From: a virus
Virus record (IMG/VR): IMGVR_UViG_3300022204_000004
Location: 1-64,000 of that record
Length of the DNA stretch: 64,000 nt
Strand: one strand, 5' to 3'
Shown in pieces: positions 61,101 to 64,000 of the stretch. Each line of letters starts with the position of its first letter. Position 1 is the first letter of the stretch. A program made the position numbers and the translations under genes. The notes beneath the pieces were generated by a model. The model had not been told where the DNA came from and did no database searches. It saw nothing but the letters and a program-made list of their open reading frames with translations.

Positions 61101-63338
61101 ACGACACAGGGAACATTGACCGGTAACGGTACATTGCTTGGAACAATAAATGGAACAACAACAACATTAGGAGCTTTACAGTTAGGTTTATCTGGTACTA
61201 TAAATACCTTAACAATAGTTTCAGGAACTCTTACAGCAATAGGGTTATTAAGTGGAGCTTCTAATGGTTCTTCTTCGACTTCAGGCGTATTAACTTCGTC
61301 TGGAGTCCTTGAAGGACAATCAAACGGAATTGCTACAGTTCAAGGAACGTTGAGTGCCAATGGTTCTTTAATTGGTGTTATAAACACATCGACTACCACA
61401 CAAGGTATATTGGTGTCAAATGCTATAAACGGAACATCCAACGGAACGTCCATAACAAGTGGAACGCTTACGGGTCTTGGAAATCTTGTAGGTGTTGTCA
61501 CAACCTTAACAACAACCCAAGGAACACTTAGTTCAAATAATTTAGCGGGAACTTCTGATGGCTCGGCTACGGTTCAAGGAACACTTACAGCCGCAGGATT
61601 TATAATAGGAGTATTAGAGGGATTGGCTTCAGGAGAAAGCTTATTGGATTTGAACGAACTTACGGGATTAGGTGCTTTAGGTGGTTCTTCAAATGGATCT
61701 ACAACCTCTACAGCCGGAGTATTTTCTTCAGGTCAAATAGCGGGAATATCCAATGGTTCTAGTGACGCTATAGGTTCTACACTTACGGGTACAGGCGCTT
61801 TAGTTGGAGTAATAGAGAAAGAGCCAATTTATTTTGATTTAGCAGAAGGCTCTCTTATTGCCAAGTTCTTTGTATTTGATGAATCTTATGGAGAGACAAT
61901 AGATATAAGAAACAAAGCCGTAGAATATATTGAATTCTTTATGGGCAAAGTTGGTAATCCAAACTTTGCTATGAGAGCTGAGATATGGTCATTAGATGGT
62001 TCAAGATTACCTCAATCTTTATTACAAGTTTCCACAACTGTAATTCAAGCCATTAATGTTCAAAGTGGAATATTATCTTATCAGAGATTTTACTTTGATA
62101 CAATAGGTGCAAACTATAATCAAGAGGTTGGTATCGTTGTCCACATATTCAATCACACTGTTGGTGATGACGCAAATTATATAGAAAGGATTTATGGCGA
62201 TCAAAACCATTTCAAAAAAGGAAATATACTCTATAATTTCACAGGTGCTCTATGGAGTGAAAATTTAGATCAAGATATAAACGGAGCAATACAACTTGTC
62301 AAATCTGTTAGTGGAAACATTTCAGGTACAATGTATGGCAACGTCTTCGGAACAACTACTGTAACCGGAACATTAAATGCGAATGGAGTATTATCGGGAA
62401 CGATAAACGGAGATTCTTCGGCTATAGGCATCCTGTCAAACCCTCTAGTTGGAAACGTATCAGGGGTTTCAACTGTGACAGGAACGCTTATAGGAATAGC
62501 TAATTTGATTGGTGATTCTAACGGAACTGCAACTGTCATTGGTACTGTTTTAAGCGACGGAACCATGCTTGGCGAAATCAATGGCAGTTCTTCTGTTAGT
62601 GGAACTCTTTTGGGCAAAGTTCAAATGGAAGGCAATACAGATACGCTTTCCATTGTAACAGGAACATTATCAGGAATAGGAAATCTTGTAGGAACTTCCA
62701 ATGGCTCATCTACTGTAACATTAGAAAACTCAGGTTCTATAGGAACACTTGCGGGAATTATAAATAGTGTTACAACTGTAACGGGCAATATATCCTATCA
62801 AAGTGGAGCAAGTTCAAATGGTTCTACAACGACAAGTGGAACGCTTACAGCCATAGGCTCTCTAAGTGGAACGTCCAACGGATCTACAAGTACTCAAGGA
62901 ACTTTCCTAAGTCCTATAGCTGGGGAAAGCAATGGTTCTACTGTTGTAACGGGAACGCTTAATGCCAAAGGTGTACTTGAAGGAGTTATAAATGGATATG
63001 CAGTGACTTCTGCAAGGGAAACAGGTATTGTTTCTATTTCGGGAATTATAAATGGCTCTGCAACCGTAACAGGTTCAATATATTCAAAAGGCACATTGAT
63101 AGGTGTTATCAATACTTATAGCCAAACATCTGCAACGATTGTTCCCGATGTTGATTATGTTGTAAAAATATCAGGAATATCTAACGGTAGTTCAACGGTT
63201 ATAGGCTACATGTCAGACCAAGCTTCAGGTTATATGGATACTTCATGTTTCTATGAAGTCATATATTTGGAACCGACATGTTATCCTGTTGAATATGAGT
63301 ATGAAAAATATTATGTAAATTATAACTGTAAAATTTAG
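58149..63338 (+). CDS. Giant fibre protein, C-terminal part (same frame, open immediately after the TAA)
   Basis: 58149-58553 translates without a stop (ALIPDALLETSTN...GSNRF) into the 58554 ORF; dozens of ~17-20 aa GxSNGxATVxGTL repeats. Confidence 0.75.
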   Translation, partial: ALIPDALLETSTNSITASSLTPTNQDIEVKFLFTGKSYAGNIAIVIAVTNWISGTTASFKFTTPSTVSNENIVGNETGSGWNDLPTQDFYYKLNSDYKVSGTVTGTLSAKIGIAAVSNTTFSAYKESITGGSNRFLGVWDTKYAGQLMIGFESRVSSLVVQLRKTGSPVSDIRAKIFKREKDSLIFTDYTLKETSTNTISASSLTASYASYTFNFSGNAYVNGDILIALESFNETVGDISNYVVLKTDNANPIANENYIATISGVTTLFTNYPNDDFWYQLTYTVETNGTLRALGSLLGTINGVTTKNAVLTAVDLGGILGTINNNATTLGVLTAKGSLTGAINGTVTVTVSSITLKVDANINGVATVTGLLHADAKAFGTSNGVATTTSILTGLGDLSASINTSTTTVSVLTGKASLIGIINTTTTTLSDLTNGVTIQPIAVIVNGVATVSGILTANGTLQGIINAVATVDGTASARADLLGVINITITVTGTLSANGELAGASNGIASTSGLLNSNLQGSVIVNTTTLTTGTLTGQGALLGASNGIATTDSSLSSTQLIAGIINGVATVSGTLSANGVLAGNSNASATTSGVLTSNGLLSGESNGVGSTTSVLTAIGTLSGSSNGLASLSGLLNSNLQGSVIVNTDSLVTGTLTGSGALLGTSNGLATTQGNLVGETSISGTINGSVVTSGTLTAKGSLVGIITTSTTVQGLLISNFMFGTSDGVATVQGTLTANGSLLGVSNGTSILSGLLNSNLQGSVIVDTSTLTTGTLTGSGALVGTSNGSATTQGILSGQTSIVGIINGVASTSGTLTALGNLSGSSNGVATVQGNIITDALNGTSNGVATVQGILTANGSLVGQSNGSTTVQGALVSDAMLGTSDGIATTQGTLTANGSLIGVVNTTTTTQGTLNAKGSLEGTSNGSATVQGALISDAMIGVSNGIATTSGTLTGNGSLSGIVLGQATTDGSLISDAMAGVTNGTATTQGTLTGNGTLLGTINGTTTTLGALQLGLSGTINTLTIVSGTLTAIGLLSGASNGSSSTSGVLTSSGVLEGQSNGIATVQGTLSANGSLIGVINTSTTTQGILVSNAINGTSNGTSITSGTLTGLGNLVGVVTTLTTTQGTLSSNNLAGTSDGSATVQGTLTAAGFIIGVLEGLASGESLLDLNELTGLGALGGSSNGSTTSTAGVFSSGQIAGISNGSSDAIGSTLTGTGALVGVIEKEPIYFDLAEGSLIAKFFVFDESYGETIDIRNKAVEYIEFFMGKVGNPNFAMRAEIWSLDGSRLPQSLLQVSTTVIQAINVQSGILSYQRFYFDTIGANYNQEVGIVVHIFNHTVGDDANYIERIYGDQNHFKKGNILYNFTGALWSENLDQDINGAIQLVKSVSGNISGTMYGNVFGTTTVTGTLNANGVLSGTINGDSSAIGILSNPLVGNVSGVSTVTGTLIGIANLIGDSNGTATVIGTVLSDGTMLGEINGSSSVSGTLLGKVQMEGNTDTLSIVTGTLSGIGNLVGTSNGSSTVTLENSGSIGTLAGIINSVTTVTGNISYQSGASSNGSTTTSGTLTAIGSLSGTSNGSTSTQGTFLSPIAGESNGSTVVTGTLNAKGVLEGVINGYAVTSARETGIVSISGIINGSATVTGSIYSKGTLIGVINTYSQTSATIVPDVDYVVKISGISNGSSTVIGYMSDQASGYMDTSCFYEVIYLEPTCYPVEYEYEKYYVNYNCKI

Positions 63339-63342
63339 CATT

Positions 63343-63705
63343 ATGGCGAAAATGAAAATAATAAGAGTTCACAGAGACGAAAGCGATATTTGCTTTGTGA
63401 TTCGATTTCCAAAAGGGAAAACCATTTTGGATATACAAGACATCAAATTTCTTGTGAAAGAAAAAGACGATACAGCTCTTCCTAGTGCTATCATTACAAA
63501 AACTAAAAGCGGTGGAGATATTACATTATCGGGAAAAGATGTAGCTAAAGTAAAGATGAATGTCAGTAATTACAATAACATTGTTATAGGAAATCTTTAT
63601 AGATCAGCTTTATTTGTCAAGTGGACAGGCAATACGGATTTTGATGAAAACGTAAAATATTTGTTTGATTTTCAGACAAAACAAAACTTTGATAACGACA
63701 ATTAA
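63343..63705 (+). CDS. BppU-N-like Ig-fold structural protein
   Basis: Beta-rich 120 aa; IRVHRDESD..FVI...IKFLVK pattern. Confidence 0.45.
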   Translation: MAKMKIIRVHRDESDICFVIRFPKGKTILDIQDIKFLVKEKDDTALPSAIITKTKSGGDITLSGKDVAKVKMNVSNYNNIVIGNLYRSALFVKWTGNTDFDENVKYLFDFQTKQNFDNDN

Positions 63706-63706
63706 A

Positions 63707-63982
63707 ATGGGTAAAAAAATAAAAAATGCAGTTAAAAAAGTCAAGGAAGGAGCAATAGTTCCGGTCATTGACTTGGTTCTGGGTAGGACCATGAGCAAAA
63801 AGCTTATGGTCTTTATGATTGCTTCAGCATATTTAATGGCTAAATATCTACAACCTGACCAATGGGTCACAGTTGCAGAATGGTATATAGGAGGACAGGC
63901 CGCTGTTGATGTAACAGAAACAATAGTACAAAAGTTTAAGCACCAAAAAACGAATGTGGAATCTGACGAAGAACTACGATAA
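63707..63982 (+). CDS. Holin-like membrane protein
   Basis: SKKLMVF...QWV...YIGGQAAVD motif; start MGKKIK lies 1 nt after the upstream stop. Confidence 0.55.
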   Translation: MGKKIKNAVKKVKEGAIVPVIDLVLGRTMSKKLMVFMIASAYLMAKYLQPDQWVTVAEWYIGGQAAVDVTETIVQKFKHQKTNVESDEELR

Positions 63983-64000
63983 AATGAGTGATGAACAGTT

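Noticed and set aside
49494-63338. Diversity-generating retroelement or invertible fibre locus
   Set aside because: There is no reverse transcriptase or recombinase, and no near-identical template/variable repeat pair differing only at adenines; the repeats diverge at synonymous sites.
1072-63870. Numerous opposite-strand or nested ORFs in the track (e.g. 1072-1482, 14517-15143, 27774-28178, 58994-63112)
   Set aside because: They are shadows of real genes or of repetitive Gly/Thr/Ser codons, and lack leaders or protein-like composition.
1-64000. Stop-codon reassignment (code 15 or code 4), known in some crAss-like phages
   Set aside because: Genes are long and intact in the standard code, and TAG (1091, 46786, 63338), TGA (38448, 51423) and TAA all end genes cleanly. 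Only one internal TAA was seen.
1-64000. Integrated prophage or host DNA
   Set aside because: No integrase, att-like duplication or bacterial housekeeping genes appear in the window.

Overview
This 64-kb window is part of a crAss-like (Crassvirales-type, phi14:2-like) dsDNA phage genome, most likely infecting a Bacteroidota host (TAnnTTTG promoters, no Shine-Dalgarno sequences, standard genetic code). It has three blocks. (1) A + strand virion cargo gene and a 3965-aa virion RNA polymerase polyprotein (1-12995). (2) A complete leftward early/replication module (13049-36255) with DnaB, a 5'-3' exonuclease, SSB, HU/IHF, an adenine MTase, a split PRTRC ubiquitin-like cassette (E, C/Ubl, F-like, B/E2, ThiF/E1) and one counter-oriented RepL-like gene. 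(3) A rightward structural module (36999-64000) with terminase, portal, scaffold, MCP, ring proteins, repeat-rich fibres and a holin-like gene. The most striking unannotated signal is at the RepL-like locus. It has three palindromic AAAGTGG-N10-CCACTTT sites, and a downstream ~70-nt RNA with its own promoter whose 5' end is complementary to the whole RepL leader and AUG, and also to a second phage gene leader. Other signals are a second anti-leader stem-loop matching a recurrent TAAAAATCAGAA leader motif, the phage-borne E1/E2/Ubl system, a single in-frame TAA splitting a ~2885-codon fibre ORF, and four small membrane genes joined by identical junction repeats. All family assignments are from motif recognition by eye; no searches were run.
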